Positions 18,502 through 28,368 of a DNA stretch of 64,000 nt are shown here, piece by piece. Position numbers and translations under genes: made by a program. Source of the stretch: Candidatus Eiseniibacteriota bacterium (GTDB lineage Bacteria > Eisenbacteria > RBG-16-71-46 > CAIMUX01 > WJJG01); assembly GCA_030628905.1 (NCBI GenBank), contig DAOVQB010000001.1, positions 41,375 through 105,374 of the forward strand, read 5' to 3'. Each line of letters opens with the position of its first letter. Position 1 is the first letter of the stretch. The notes beneath the pieces are model-generated. The model was not told where the DNA came from and did no database searches. It saw only the letters and a program-made list of their open reading frames with translations.

Positions 18502-20130
18502 CTACTGAAGGAGCTCGTTCTTTACAAACAACGTTCTCTCCGTATTTGGAATATTCATCCTCTTCCAGTCGCAGGTCTCATAATTGTGCAAGAAGTCATG
18601 CCACTCGTCATCTTCCAATAATCTCGATTCGTTTTCTAGTTTTGTGCTGACAACAATCATATTTATTCTCTGCTCATCCAAGAATTCTCGGAAAGCATTC
18701 TTTTTAACGTAAACGCCCACACTACGGAATCTATCGCCAAAATAGATATCATACCCAGGCCGGGCCGCAAGGAGTCTGACTTCCTTTGCGATACTAAGTG
18801 ACCTGATTATGTTGATCGTCTCCATGTTGGCCATGCCTGCATTCAGTGTCAAATGACCTGGGGTATTGTACTCGCAGAGAAAAGGAGTAAAAGACAGTAC
18901 TATGAATGCTGTGAAAAGTTGTTTCATGCCGTTGGGATTCTTGGCCGCATTCCGGAGCACGAGAAGCGCTGCTCCACTGATGAGGAGAGTACACGGAAGC
19001 AGAAGGTAGTGAGTGCGGGGGAAAATAATAATACATGAGACAAGTCCTGGTATGGAGCATAATGCAATGTGCAGCAGGAAAATGCTGCGCTCTTGGATGG
19101 CCTTGTTGAGTCCGATGAACCAATCGTTCTTGAACCGCAATAGAAACGCTATCACAACTGCGGGAAATAGGAGACCCTCGGCTATCCAGAAGATCTTTGG
19201 GGTAATAGGCATGATGATGTTATAGTGAGGGAAAAGTAGTTTCGGAATAGTGAGTGGGGTTCGGAGGATGTTGTAACAAAGGTGATAGAGAAAATATAGA
19301 GGATTGGCCACGAAAGAAGAGAAGATGCTGTGAGCATTACCGAAGTGTTCCGAAGAGATAGTATCCCAATGAGTCCAGGGGTTAAGGTTGGAGTCGGTAC
19401 AAGTTGCCCAGTTTACAGAGAAGTGTTGGCGGAATGCCAGAAAGCTCCTATCGGCTTCTCCAGCAAAAGCAGGCAGGCCAAAGATGGCGATGAGAGCCGA
19501 AGAAGAACAAACAAATATGAGCAGAGCTAGCAGTTCTGAAGAAAAGTGAAATTGTCGGAAATTGCGAACAAGAAGGATGATGTAGAGGATGATCAAAAGC
19601 TCGAATGAGAGGATAAGATTAGGGCAGACGAAAGAAGACAGTAGCGAACCGAGAGAAACTAATAGTGTAGCGATAGTGGGCGATCGAAAGTGAGAGGCGA
19701 GAATGAAGAATGGCAGAAGCGTCAGAAGGGAGAAGTGCACGTACTTCGGGCGTAGAGGAAGATTAGAAAAGGAGATGAGGAAGTAGGCGGAGACGAGTAG
19801 GGCGGCAAGCGGGCGCAACTTGTAGGTTCTGAGGAACACGTAGATAAAGAGGGGAATGGCGATGGTGAGGAGACGATAGTTAAGATAAAAGAGGCTAACG
19901 GGGTCGGGCCGAAGTAGGGATAGCACGAAATACCACAGGGAATAGAGAGGTGCGAGTAGAGGGCCGGGAAGTCCGTGAATGGGGATTTGAAGGCCATTTG
20001 ACAGGTAAACACTTTCATCAGCTAGAACGATGTCCATGAAGCTCTCTAGCGCGAAGGTGAATTTGAAACCTGAGACCAGGAGGATTGCGACAGCAAAGAG
20101 ATCAAACCTGAAGGCGTTGGACTGCTTCAT
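18502..20130 (-). CDS. Polytopic integral membrane protein of low GC, possibly an O-antigen-polymerase or glycosyltransferase-like membrane enzyme, carried on an AT-rich island
   Basis: More than 10 hydrophobic segments are present. GC is markedly lower than in neighbouring genes and codon usage is A/T-rich. No soluble catalytic motif was recognised. Confidence 0.55.
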   Translation of the reverse strand: MKQSNAFRFDLFAVAILLVSGFKFTFALESFMDIVLADESVYLSNGLQIPIHGLPGPLLAPLYSLWYFVLSLLRPDPVSLFYLNYRLLTIAIPLFIYVFLRTYKLRPLAALLVSAYFLISFSNLPLRPKYVHFSLLTLLPFFILASHFRSPTIATLLVSLGSLLSSFVCPNLILSFELLIILYIILLVRNFRQFHFSSELLALLIFVCSSSALIAIFGLPAFAGEADRSFLAFRQHFSVNWATCTDSNLNPWTHWDTISSEHFGNAHSIFSSFVANPLYFLYHLCYNILRTPLTIPKLLFPHYNIIMPITPKIFWIAEGLLFPAVVIAFLLRFKNDWFIGLNKAIQERSIFLLHIALCSIPGLVSCIIIFPRTHYLLLPCTLLISGAALLVLRNAAKNPNGMKQLFTAFIVLSFTPFLCEYNTPGHLTLNAGMANMETINIIRSLSIAKEVRLLAARPGYDIYFGDRFRSVGVYVKKNAFREFLDEQRINMIVVSTKLENESRLLEDDEWHDFLHNYETCDWKRMNIPNTERTLFVKNELLQ

Positions 20131-20440
20131 GATCGACCCGAATCCTCAAAAGGCTTCCATGGACTTGCCTTGAAGAGTCAAGGAAGATATGGGCGTAAAG
20201 AAACTCGGGGGCAGACAAGGTACAAGCACTAGTCGCGATCAAAGGGGCCCTGGTGGACAAGGCCGGTGATGCAGGAATCAAAATGAGGTCTCTGACCAGA
20301 TGGAAAATGCCATCCCCAGAGAAATATCCCACGGATTGCCTTTGAGTTCAAGGGAAACAGGAAGCCTGCATTGGAGATGAAAAGGTAAACTATTGATCAT
20401 GACCAGCGGCAAAAGATTGGTGCTGCCGGCCAGATCTCCA

Positions 20441-21451
20441 TTAACGCCGCACTTGCTCGGCGCCGCGAGCCATGAGATCCGGGATGGGCAGGTGATAGGG
20501 ACATTTCTCCAGGCACTCGCCGCATGCCGTGCAGTCGGAATATTTCTTCTCCAGGCCTGCCAATCGTTCGAGGGCCCAATCGATCAGGTCGTAGCGCTCA
20601 TAGTAGGCATGGAGCAGCAGCAGCATCGGGATATGGAGCCCGTTCGGGCAGGGCATGCAGTAGCCGCAGCGGCGGCAGAAGCGGCCACCCCAGCGTTCCT
20701 TCTCACATGCGAGGGCGAGGAGCTCTGCATGGTTCGGTGGCCTGAGCCGCTCGCCGACCGCGGCGTTCTCCTCAACCTGAGCTATGCTGTCCATTCCTGG
20801 GATAACAACATCGATTCCCCGGGTTAGTTCGAAGCGCAGCGCTGCTGGCACATGGGTGAGCGCCCCGCCAGCGGCCGGTTTCATGGCAATGATCCCGACC
20901 CCTGCCTCCGTGGCAGCAGGGATGACATCATCGGACCATTCGATCTCAATCGGGTTGAACGGGTGCTGCACAGTATCGAAGGCGCCCGTCTGGATAGCCG
21001 CTATCAAGGCTGGCCGGCTGTGACTGGTGATGCCCAGGAAACCAACCTTGCCCTGCTCACGCGCTCGCGCCAGGGCTTCGTAAGCCCCACCCGGCGCCAG
21101 CACCTGCGCCAACTCCTTATCTGAGCCTATGGCATGGAGTTGATAGATATCGATGAAGTCCGTTTGAAGGTCGCGCAAGCTCGTCTCGATCTCCTTGGCC
21201 ATACCGGCAGCGTCGCGGGAGAGGGCCTTTGAGGCCAAAATGAACTCGCTGCGCCGGCTGCTCAGCGCGCGGCCGATCTTCTCCTCGCTGTCGGTGTACC
21301 CGCGGGCTGTGTCGATGAAGGTGATCCCGCAATCGAGCGCCTTGTGGAGCACGAGCGCGGAATCATCAAAGCTGAGACCTTGGATCGGAATGCCACCCAG
21401 GCCAACGACGGACACATCCAGGCTGGTCTTGCCCAAGATTCGCGTTTCCAT
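20441..21451 (-). CDS. Aldo/keto reductase with a C-terminal 4Fe-4S cluster-binding domain
   Basis: The AKR core is 'ILGKTSLDVSVVGLGG...FIDTARGY...'. The C-terminal Cys clusters are 'CRRCGYCMPCPNG' and 'CTACGECLEKCP'. Confidence 0.85.
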   Translation of the reverse strand: METRILGKTSLDVSVVGLGGIPIQGLSFDDSALVLHKALDCGITFIDTARGYTDSEEKIGRALSSRRSEFILASKALSRDAAGMAKEIETSLRDLQTDFIDIYQLHAIGSDKELAQVLAPGGAYEALARAREQGKVGFLGITSHSRPALIAAIQTGAFDTVQHPFNPIEIEWSDDVIPAATEAGVGIIAMKPAAGGALTHVPAALRFELTRGIDVVIPGMDSIAQVEENAAVGERLRPPNHAELLALACEKERWGGRFCRRCGYCMPCPNGLHIPMLLLLHAYYERYDLIDWALERLAGLEKKYSDCTACGECLEKCPYHLPIPDLMARGAEQVRR

Positions 21452-21607
21452 GGGGCCATTCTAGTATGCTTCGCCCGGGGAATCGAGGCTTGGAACGGCC
21501 AATCCTCTTGAGGAAGAGATATGGTATCATTAGTAGTTGGGTTGGCTGGTCATCCTGCATGGCTGGCGGTTCCACGGATCCAGGTCACACACCGAGGGGG
21601 AGCTGCG

Positions 21608-24478
21608 ATGATCACGAGACGCCTTTTGCTGTCAGTCATTTCAATCATGCTGCTCGCTGTGCTATTTGCATGGCCGTTCGCGGCCATGGGCAACGCGACG
21701 CCCTGCGAGGCCATGGGAAGCGCGACGCCCTACGAGGCCATCCCAAGCAGCTCACTTCATTCCCACGTCTTGGGCGCCCAAACGACGGCGCCCACCGGGC
21801 GAATTGCCATCAAGTTCACGGACGAGAGCGGCCTGGTGGTGGAAGGGGGTTGTCTCGATCCCTCATCCCCGCATGCACAGCGCATGACTGATTTCCTTGC
21901 GGCTACCGCCCCGGCCTTCAGCCTACAGCGCCACTTCTCGCGCACCACGGCTGAGCTTGAGGCCGAGCGCCTTTTCGCGGAGCAGCGGGTGGGAGGACGG
22001 CTGCCCAACCTCAATCGCTACGCGCACCTCGATCCCACGCGAGCGGTTTCCCGCGCAGAATTGATGGAGACCTTGGAAGCGTTGCTGACCGATCCGGCTA
22101 TTGAGACTGCTTTCCTAGAGCCGGTGGCGGTGCCAGCCGCGCTCGGGTTTGATGCCTTCCATGGCACCTTCGAGCCGGAGATTCACCTGATGAATTCGCC
22201 GTCGGGCCGGACCCCCGACTTCACCGCTCTCCAAGGCTACCTCGGCCCGGCACCCGATGGCGTGGATGCCGAAGGGGTCTGGGGTATTCCAGGCGGTCGC
22301 GGCCAGACCGTCCAGGTGCTCGATATCGAAGGCGCTTGGCTCTGGGAACATGAGGATCTGCCGGATCCTTTCTTCACGGCCGGCGGCGTAGTCGGGGATC
22401 TGGGCTGGCGCAACCATGGCACAGCCGTTGCTGGCGAGATCCGGGGCACCGCCAACGGCTATGGCGTGAGCGGAATCAGCCATGAGGTGCAGATTGGCGG
22501 TGTCTCCATCGCGGAGCTGTGGGTCGCCGATGCGATCAACACGGCTGCCGCCAATCTGGAGTTGGGCGGCATCTACCTAATAGAGCTTCACGCTCCTGGA
22601 CCCAACGCCACTGGCTCAGGTCAGTTTGGCTACGTATGCATGGAATACTGGCAAGACAACTTCGATGCCATCCAGATCGCCACGGCCTGCGGGCGCATCT
22701 GCTGCGAAGCGGCCGGCAATGGGGAACAGGACCTGGATGCCCCGGTCTATCAGGGCCTGTTTGACCGCAACGTGCGCGACTCAGGCGCGATCATCTGCGG
22801 CGCCTCAAACGGAAGTAGTCTCGATCCCGCCTGGTATACGAACTACGGATCGCGCGTGGATCTTCATGGCTGGGGCTACAGCGTGGTCACCTGCGGCTAC
22901 GGAGATCTGCAAGGTGGGGATGAGGAGGAGTGGTATACCGAATCGTTTGCGGGCACCTCGAGTGCCACGCCGATCGTCACCGGATCAGTGGCTTGCATTC
23001 AGGGATTGGTTAAGGATGCCTTTGGGATCTGTCTGGAAGCCAAACTCGCGCGCGATATCCTGGTAGATACCGGCACGCCGCAGACCGGCAGCCAGCATAT
23101 CGGCCCGCGACCGAACCTGACGGCAGCGTGGTCCTTGGCTCAGAACGGCGTTGGGGCGGTCTATGGTGTGATTACCGACCTGAGCACGGGTCTCCCAGTC
23201 CAGGACGTTTCGGTGGTTGCGCAGGAGACAGGGGCGTTTACACAATCGGCCGCTGACGGCAGCTACTGCCTGCCGTTCCTGGTCGGTACCTATGCGCTTG
23301 ACTATGATTCCTTCTTCTACGAGCCGACTAATGAACTCGTGTCAGTGACCTCCGGGGATAGCACTGAGGTGAATGTGGCTCTGGTACGCAGAGCCACTGC
23401 CGAGATCACAGGGAGAGTCCTAGAGGATGATGCCCACACGCCGCTTGCCGATGTGCGCGTGACTCCACTGGATGTACCCCTGCCGGGCACTGTCACGGGC
23501 CCCGGTGGCTACTGGTTGCTGGAGGGTGTCCCGGTGGATCGAACCTATGGCTTCCTGTTCGACGGGCTGCCCCTCTACGGCGCGGATTTCAGGGAGCTGC
23601 ACGTGGAGGAGGGCGATACTGCCATCGTCGACTTCAACGTACAGCTTGCGCATGTTGCGGAGGATTTCGAGCTGGATGACGGTGGCTTTACAGTCACCGG
23701 CGATCCGATATGGGCCCATGGTACGCCGACAGCGGGCGGGCCTGCGTCCGGCTTCAGCGGCGAGAAGTGCTGGGGCGTTGGAATGGACGACAACTACGGT
23801 GACAATGTATACGGATGCCTGATCAGTCCGGCTTTTGATTTCTCCGGAGAGGAAGAACTGCTGCTCAGCTTCCACTACTGGTGTGAAACCGAATCGGGTT
23901 TTGATGGCGCGAATCTGCAGATCTGGGATGCTGGCACATCCGACTGGGTGACACTGATACCCCTGATGGGCTATCCGACGATAACCATGAGCGGGGTAGG
24001 CTATGAGAGTGGATGGTCCGGATCGACCGGCGGTTGGATCGGGACGGTCTTTGACTTGACCGACTACATCTCCGAGGAGGTGACCTTCCGCGTTCAGTTC
24101 GGCTCTGACGGCGGCCTCAATGACCTGGGCTTCTGGGTGGATGATATTGCTTTCGACACAGGTGATGTCTTTTCTGGAGTGCCTGAGACGGTACTTGAGG
24201 TCGGTTTCGGAATCATGGGCCACGCCCCAAACCCGCTGCATTGCACCACCCGCATTACGCTGGCCCTGCCCAGTTCAGGCGAAGTGAGCGTGGCGGTCTT
24301 TGATGCACCGGGACGGCTGATTCGTACACTCTACGATGGGTCTCTACCTGCGGGCCGCTCGGAGTTGATCTGGGACGGCTGCGATGATCGAGGGGCGCTG
24401 GCTGTCAGTGGCGTCTACTTCATCCGGATGGATGCCAATGGGCGCTCTTCGTCGCGACGGGTCATTCTGACCCGTTAG
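21608..24478 (+). CDS. Secreted subtilisin-like serine protease (S8) with carboxypeptidase-regulatory-like and MAM-like domains and a C-terminal sorting domain
   Basis: The catalytic triad context is D 'VQVLDIEG', H 'NHGTAVAG', S 'GTSSATPIVTG'. A signal peptide 'MITRRLLLSVISIMLLAVLFAWPFAAMG' is present. The CTD is 'GVYFIRMDANGRSSSRRVILTR'. A 27-bp in-frame tandem duplication sits at 21683-21736. Confidence 0.85.
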   Translation: MITRRLLLSVISIMLLAVLFAWPFAAMGNATPCEAMGSATPYEAIPSSSLHSHVLGAQTTAPTGRIAIKFTDESGLVVEGGCLDPSSPHAQRMTDFLAATAPAFSLQRHFSRTTAELEAERLFAEQRVGGRLPNLNRYAHLDPTRAVSRAELMETLEALLTDPAIETAFLEPVAVPAALGFDAFHGTFEPEIHLMNSPSGRTPDFTALQGYLGPAPDGVDAEGVWGIPGGRGQTVQVLDIEGAWLWEHEDLPDPFFTAGGVVGDLGWRNHGTAVAGEIRGTANGYGVSGISHEVQIGGVSIAELWVADAINTAAANLELGGIYLIELHAPGPNATGSGQFGYVCMEYWQDNFDAIQIATACGRICCEAAGNGEQDLDAPVYQGLFDRNVRDSGAIICGASNGSSLDPAWYTNYGSRVDLHGWGYSVVTCGYGDLQGGDEEEWYTESFAGTSSATPIVTGSVACIQGLVKDAFGICLEAKLARDILVDTGTPQTGSQHIGPRPNLTAAWSLAQNGVGAVYGVITDLSTGLPVQDVSVVAQETGAFTQSAADGSYCLPFLVGTYALDYDSFFYEPTNELVSVTSGDSTEVNVALVRRATAEITGRVLEDDAHTPLADVRVTPLDVPLPGTVTGPGGYWLLEGVPVDRTYGFLFDGLPLYGADFRELHVEEGDTAIVDFNVQLAHVAEDFELDDGGFTVTGDPIWAHGTPTAGGPASGFSGEKCWGVGMDDNYGDNVYGCLISPAFDFSGEEELLLSFHYWCETESGFDGANLQIWDAGTSDWVTLIPLMGYPTITMSGVGYESGWSGSTGGWIGTVFDLTDYISEEVTFRVQFGSDGGLNDLGFWVDDIAFDTGDVFSGVPETVLEVGFGIMGHAPNPLHCTTRITLALPSSGEVSVAVFDAPGRLIRTLYDGSLPAGRSELIWDGCDDRGALAVSGVYFIRMDANGRSSSRRVILTR

Positions 24479-24645
24479 GGCAGTGTGCATTGCCGAAACC
24501 TCGTCTGCCGTGATTTTACTGGATATGCAGCGACGGGCGAGGTTATGGGGAGACATAGAGGCAGGGCTGTGGCAGGGAACTGATTGGGAAGTCTGGGCTA
24601 CCCGGGGTCCACTCCCTGCTTGACTTCCATCCGGTAATGTACAAT

Positions 24646-24710
24646 CTTTTGCACCGTGCTTTTGCACCGTGCTTTTGCACCGCGCTTTTGCATCGCGCTT
24701 TTGCATCGCG
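24646..24710. repeat. 13-bp tandem repeat (cttttgcaYcgYg) x5, intergenic, ~130 bp upstream of the 24843 gene
   Basis: Direct reading of the DNA. Three variant units differ by 1-2 transitions. Confidence 0.9.
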
Positions 24711-24842
24711 AGCTGGCAGCACCAGATCGATCGCGCGAGCAATGACGTTTGCGCCGAGGATTATAACCGCATCATGGCTGGCACTCAGTCGACCTTTGCG
24801 CGAGAGGACTGATCGTATAATCAGTGGGAAAGGAGTAAGGGT

Positions 24843-25649
24843 ATGAAAACAAGCATCCTTTTGGCTATGGCCTTCTCGTTGCTGTTGGCCTCAAACGCTT
24901 ATGCAGGTTGGATAATTGAATCTAATACTACAATGCAGGATGGAGAGAAGAGCAAGGAGGTTGTCTACATCCAGGACAACAAGATGAAGGTAGTCTCATG
25001 GGAAGGGCAAAGCATCGGGCAAATCATGATTTTCGATATTGAGAAGGGAACTATGTGCGTATGCATGCCTGAGCGAAAGGTCTACTTCTGTAGCACGCCA
25101 GATGAGCTCAAGAAGAGCTCAGAAGAGATGGCCAATAAAATGAAAGAGGCCATGATGGCCAAAATGCCTCCCGAGCAACGGGAGGCCTACAAAAAGATGA
25201 TGGAAATGGAAGCCGGGGAAAAAGAAGCCGCGCCTGAGAAAAAGGCTACTTATAAGGTAAAGAAAACCTCGGAGAAAGCCTACATAGCCGGCTTCTCGAC
25301 GGTAAAGCACCAGGTGTTTATGAACGGGGAACTGGACCAAGAGCTATGGCTCGCCTCCAAGGTGAAAGCTGTAGACGAGTTGGATATGGGCAAGATGATA
25401 AACATGATGAAGGGCATGTCGGATTCAGGAGAGCATGTGTCTTTTTCGTCCACCCAGGAGTGCCTGGAGCTTATGCGCCAGGGTTTTCCGATCAAGACGG
25501 TGCATTATGAAGAGGGTGAACAATCCCAGGTCGAGGAAGCCGTCCGGATTGAAAAAAAGAAGATCCCGGCCTCTGAGCTCAAGCCGCCGGAAGGCTACAA
25601 GGAACTGACCATGGAGGAAGTCTACGGCATGATGAGAGGCGGGCACTGA
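24843..25649 (+). CDS. Secreted or lipoprotein-like protein of low GC, DUF4412-like (Bacteroidota-type), Lys/Glu/Met-rich
   Basis: The signal peptide is 'MKTSILLAMAFSLLLASNAYA'. The mature start 'GWIIESNTTMQDGEK...' resembles DUF4412 lipoproteins. GC is about 45% against a genome background above 60%. Confidence 0.5.
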   Translation: MKTSILLAMAFSLLLASNAYAGWIIESNTTMQDGEKSKEVVYIQDNKMKVVSWEGQSIGQIMIFDIEKGTMCVCMPERKVYFCSTPDELKKSSEEMANKMKEAMMAKMPPEQREAYKKMMEMEAGEKEAAPEKKATYKVKKTSEKAYIAGFSTVKHQVFMNGELDQELWLASKVKAVDELDMGKMINMMKGMSDSGEHVSFSSTQECLELMRQGFPIKTVHYEEGEQSQVEEAVRIEKKKIPASELKPPEGYKELTMEEVYGMMRGGH

Positions 25650-25951
25650 GCCTTTGGATCTTCAGTCCCCGCCGATTGGCGGAATCATGATCCGGCCGGA
25701 AGCAGATGGCTGGTGAGAAATGCGGACTAGACTGGTTTTACGGATACACAGGTGTATGCTTCAGGGAGAATGCGAACGGAACGACGATAGCGCAACGCAC
25801 TGGATGGCCTTGACACTGCGCTGGCTCGAATAGGAACTGACGGGCCGCCGTAAGCGCTGCGTCATGGCCGTTTTCCCCCATCTGGCTTGGGTTTTCCATC
25901 AGGACTGCGAGATGCAGGGAGTTGTTCCTTCGACTGCGCTCAGCGCAGGGC

Positions 25952-27175
25952 TCAGGATAGGTCCTGCGCCAAGGCCCTGAGATCAAAACTCTGGTCCAGC
26001 AGACGATCGCTGTGGGCTGAGACGTCGCGGCCCGCGGAGATCAGCTGCTTCAATGACTGAACGTTGCGCCTGTCGCCCAGTAGGATAGCGCCGATGATCT
26101 TGCCGTCGCGCAGTGTCAACCGCCGGTAGAGACCGCTTGCGGGGTCCGCATCTCGCAGAACGACGAATTCATCAGCCGTGGCCGTCGCCTCTCCCAGGGA
26201 GGTGAGGTCAATGCCGGCGATCTTGAGGGTGGTAGCGGGTACGGTGCCGTTGTAGGTGGCACTGCCGTCAGTGACCATGTTTGCTGCGGCGACCTGGGCT
26301 TGTTGGATGGCAGCGGGGATGATGCCGTAGATGACCCCCTCGAACTCAGTCGCATCGCCGGCTGCGTAGATGTCGGTGGCGCCGGTGCGCAGATGTTCAT
26401 CCACCACTACGCCGCGATTAACTTCCAACCCGGCTTCCCGCGCCAACTCAAGGCGCGAGCGGATGCCGGCGGAGATCAGCACCAGTTCGCCATCCACCAA
26501 GGCCCCGTCCCTGAGCCGCACCCCCGTCGCACGCTCATCGCCTAGAATGGCTTCGATTACAGCGCCGGTCAGGATGCGCATCCCTTGCGCTTGCAAGAGC
26601 GATTGTAGAACCTGCGCTCCCTCTGCGTCCAATTGGCGCGGTAGTAGATGAGGGGCGAACTCGATCACCGTCACCTCCAGGCCGGCGGTGCGCAGCGCCC
26701 GTGCCGTCTCCAGCCCCAGCAGCCCCCCGCCGATGACCGCCGCGGTGGAAGAGTCTTGTGCGCGCTTTCTAATGGCCTGAGCATCGTCCAGCGTGCGCAG
26801 TACAAAAACACCAGCTTTGTCGGCCCCCGCGAAGGGCGGCACAAAGGGCCGGGCGCCGGTCGCGAGCAGCAACCGATCGTAACTGGCGCTGTTTCCGTCG
26901 GCCAACATCAAGCTGTGTTCGGCTGTATCCAACGCGGCCACTTGCGCGCCCAAGTGAACCTGGATGCCTCTGGCTGCGTACCACTCCGGCGGCCGAAAGT
27001 AGAGCGCGCCCGTCTCGATCTGACCGGCGATGAATTCCCACAAGCGGGGGCGCTGATAATATGGCTGAGGCTCTGCACCAAAGATGAGCACCTCGGCTGC
27101 CGGGTCGGCACGCACGATGCTTTGCGCCGCCGTTACGCCCGCGACGCCGTTGCCTATAATGATGTGTCTGCTCAT
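25952..27175 (-). CDS. NAD(P)H:rubredoxin (flavorubredoxin) oxidoreductase, a pyridine nucleotide-disulfide oxidoreductase of the NorW/RdxR type
   Basis: The FAD-binding N-terminus is 'IIIGNGVAGVTAA' and a second dinucleotide-binding motif is 'AAVIGGGLLGLETA'. The stop overlaps the start of the FDP gene. Confidence 0.8.
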   Translation of the reverse strand: MSRHIIIGNGVAGVTAAQSIVRADPAAEVLIFGAEPQPYYQRPRLWEFIAGQIETGALYFRPPEWYAARGIQVHLGAQVAALDTAEHSLMLADGNSASYDRLLLATGARPFVPPFAGADKAGVFVLRTLDDAQAIRKRAQDSSTAAVIGGGLLGLETARALRTAGLEVTVIEFAPHLLPRQLDAEGAQVLQSLLQAQGMRILTGAVIEAILGDERATGVRLRDGALVDGELVLISAGIRSRLELAREAGLEVNRGVVVDEHLRTGATDIYAAGDATEFEGVIYGIIPAAIQQAQVAAANMVTDGSATYNGTVPATTLKIAGIDLTSLGEATATADEFVVLRDADPASGLYRRLTLRDGKIIGAILLGDRRNVQSLKQLISAGRDVSAHSDRLLDQSFDLRALAQDLS

Positions 27176-28359
27176 GGGTGCAAGTCCAGGGTGTTGTGTT
27201 TCTGTGCGATGGCGGTCGCCAACTTGTCCAGCGCCCCGAGATCTTGGTCTTTGGGGTACCCCTGAATCACAACCGGGTCCAACACCTCCGCCTTCAGGTT
27301 GGGGATCATGCCCGCGAGTTGCTGAACCATCTTGCCACCCCAGCCGTAGGACCCGATGATCGATACGAATTTCACCTTGGGCCGCAGGGCGTTCGCCAGG
27401 TAGGTCGCGTGGACGACGGCCGGATGCGCGCCGGTCAGGACGGTGGGCGATCCAATCACGATGGTGGCACAGTCCACCAGCGCCATGGCCAATTCACCAA
27501 TGTCGGTGACGGCCAGGTTGAACAGTTTCACCGTCACCCCTTTATCGACCAGGGCATCCAGCAGGTAGCGAACCATCTCGCGCGTGCTGCCGTGCATCGA
27601 GATGTAGGGCAACACGACGATGTTCTTTGGCTCGTCAAAAACCCAACTGCGGTACGCCTCCAGGATGAATTCGGGCCCATCGTACATCGGGCCGTGGCTG
27701 GGGGCGATGAGAGCGATTTCGTGCCTCTGGACGTTCTCCAGATTCTTTTGGATGATCTTGCGAAACGGCATCATGATTTCGGCATAGTAGCGTTTGGCTG
27801 CTTCATAGGTCAGCCCTTGATCGGTGACGTACAAGTCGGTGGTGGCCAGGTGAGAACCGAATAAGTCGCAGGGAAAGAGGATTTTGTCCTCCCGCAGGTA
27901 GGTTAGCATGGTTTCGGGCCAGTGCACCCACGGCGCGTGGATGAACTCGAGGGTTTTATCGCCCAATGACAATGTTGCGCCATTGTCCACCTTGAGAATG
28001 CGATCTTCCGGGGCCAACCCCATGTCTACCAGCATCCCTTTGCACTTGGGCGTGCAGACAACTTGCGCCTCGCGGTGTCTGGCAAGAATCTGCGGCAGCG
28101 TGCCAGAATGGTCCTGCTCGGCGTGGTTGGCGATGACGTAGTCGATACGCTCCAGGTTCAGGTGGCGTAGACGCTCAAGCAGAACGTGTGACATAGTGGG
28201 ATCAACGGTGTCTATCAGGGCGGTTTTTTCGCTTCCCTGGACCAGGTAGGCGTTGTAACTGGTGCCGTCGGGGAGTGGAGTCAGATCGTCAAACAGCCGA
28301 CGATCCCAGTCAACGGCTCCGACCCAGTAGAGACGGTCCATAATCTTTCTCGGCTTCAT
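27172..28359 (-). CDS. Flavodiiron protein (rubredoxin:oxygen/nitric-oxide oxidoreductase class; metallo-beta-lactamase-like plus flavodoxin domains)
   Basis: The di-iron ligands are 'VIANHAEQDHSG'. The motif 'FPCDLFGSH' is present. The C-terminal flavodoxin-like region is 'IVVLPYISMHGSTREM...SPTVLTGAHP'. Confidence 0.9.
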   Translation of the reverse strand: MKPRKIMDRLYWVGAVDWDRRLFDDLTPLPDGTSYNAYLVQGSEKTALIDTVDPTMSHVLLERLRHLNLERIDYVIANHAEQDHSGTLPQILARHREAQVVCTPKCKGMLVDMGLAPEDRILKVDNGATLSLGDKTLEFIHAPWVHWPETMLTYLREDKILFPCDLFGSHLATTDLYVTDQGLTYEAAKRYYAEIMMPFRKIIQKNLENVQRHEIALIAPSHGPMYDGPEFILEAYRSWVFDEPKNIVVLPYISMHGSTREMVRYLLDALVDKGVTVKLFNLAVTDIGELAMALVDCATIVIGSPTVLTGAHPAVVHATYLANALRPKVKFVSIIGSYGWGGKMVQQLAGMIPNLKAEVLDPVVIQGYPKDQDLGALDKLATAIAQKHNTLDLHP

Positions 28360-28368
28360 GATTGTTCC

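Noticed and set aside
24646-24710. Possible CRISPR array (13-bp repeats)
   Set aside because: The units are contiguous with no unique spacers, the unit is too short, and no cas genes are nearby. It is a simple tandem repeat.
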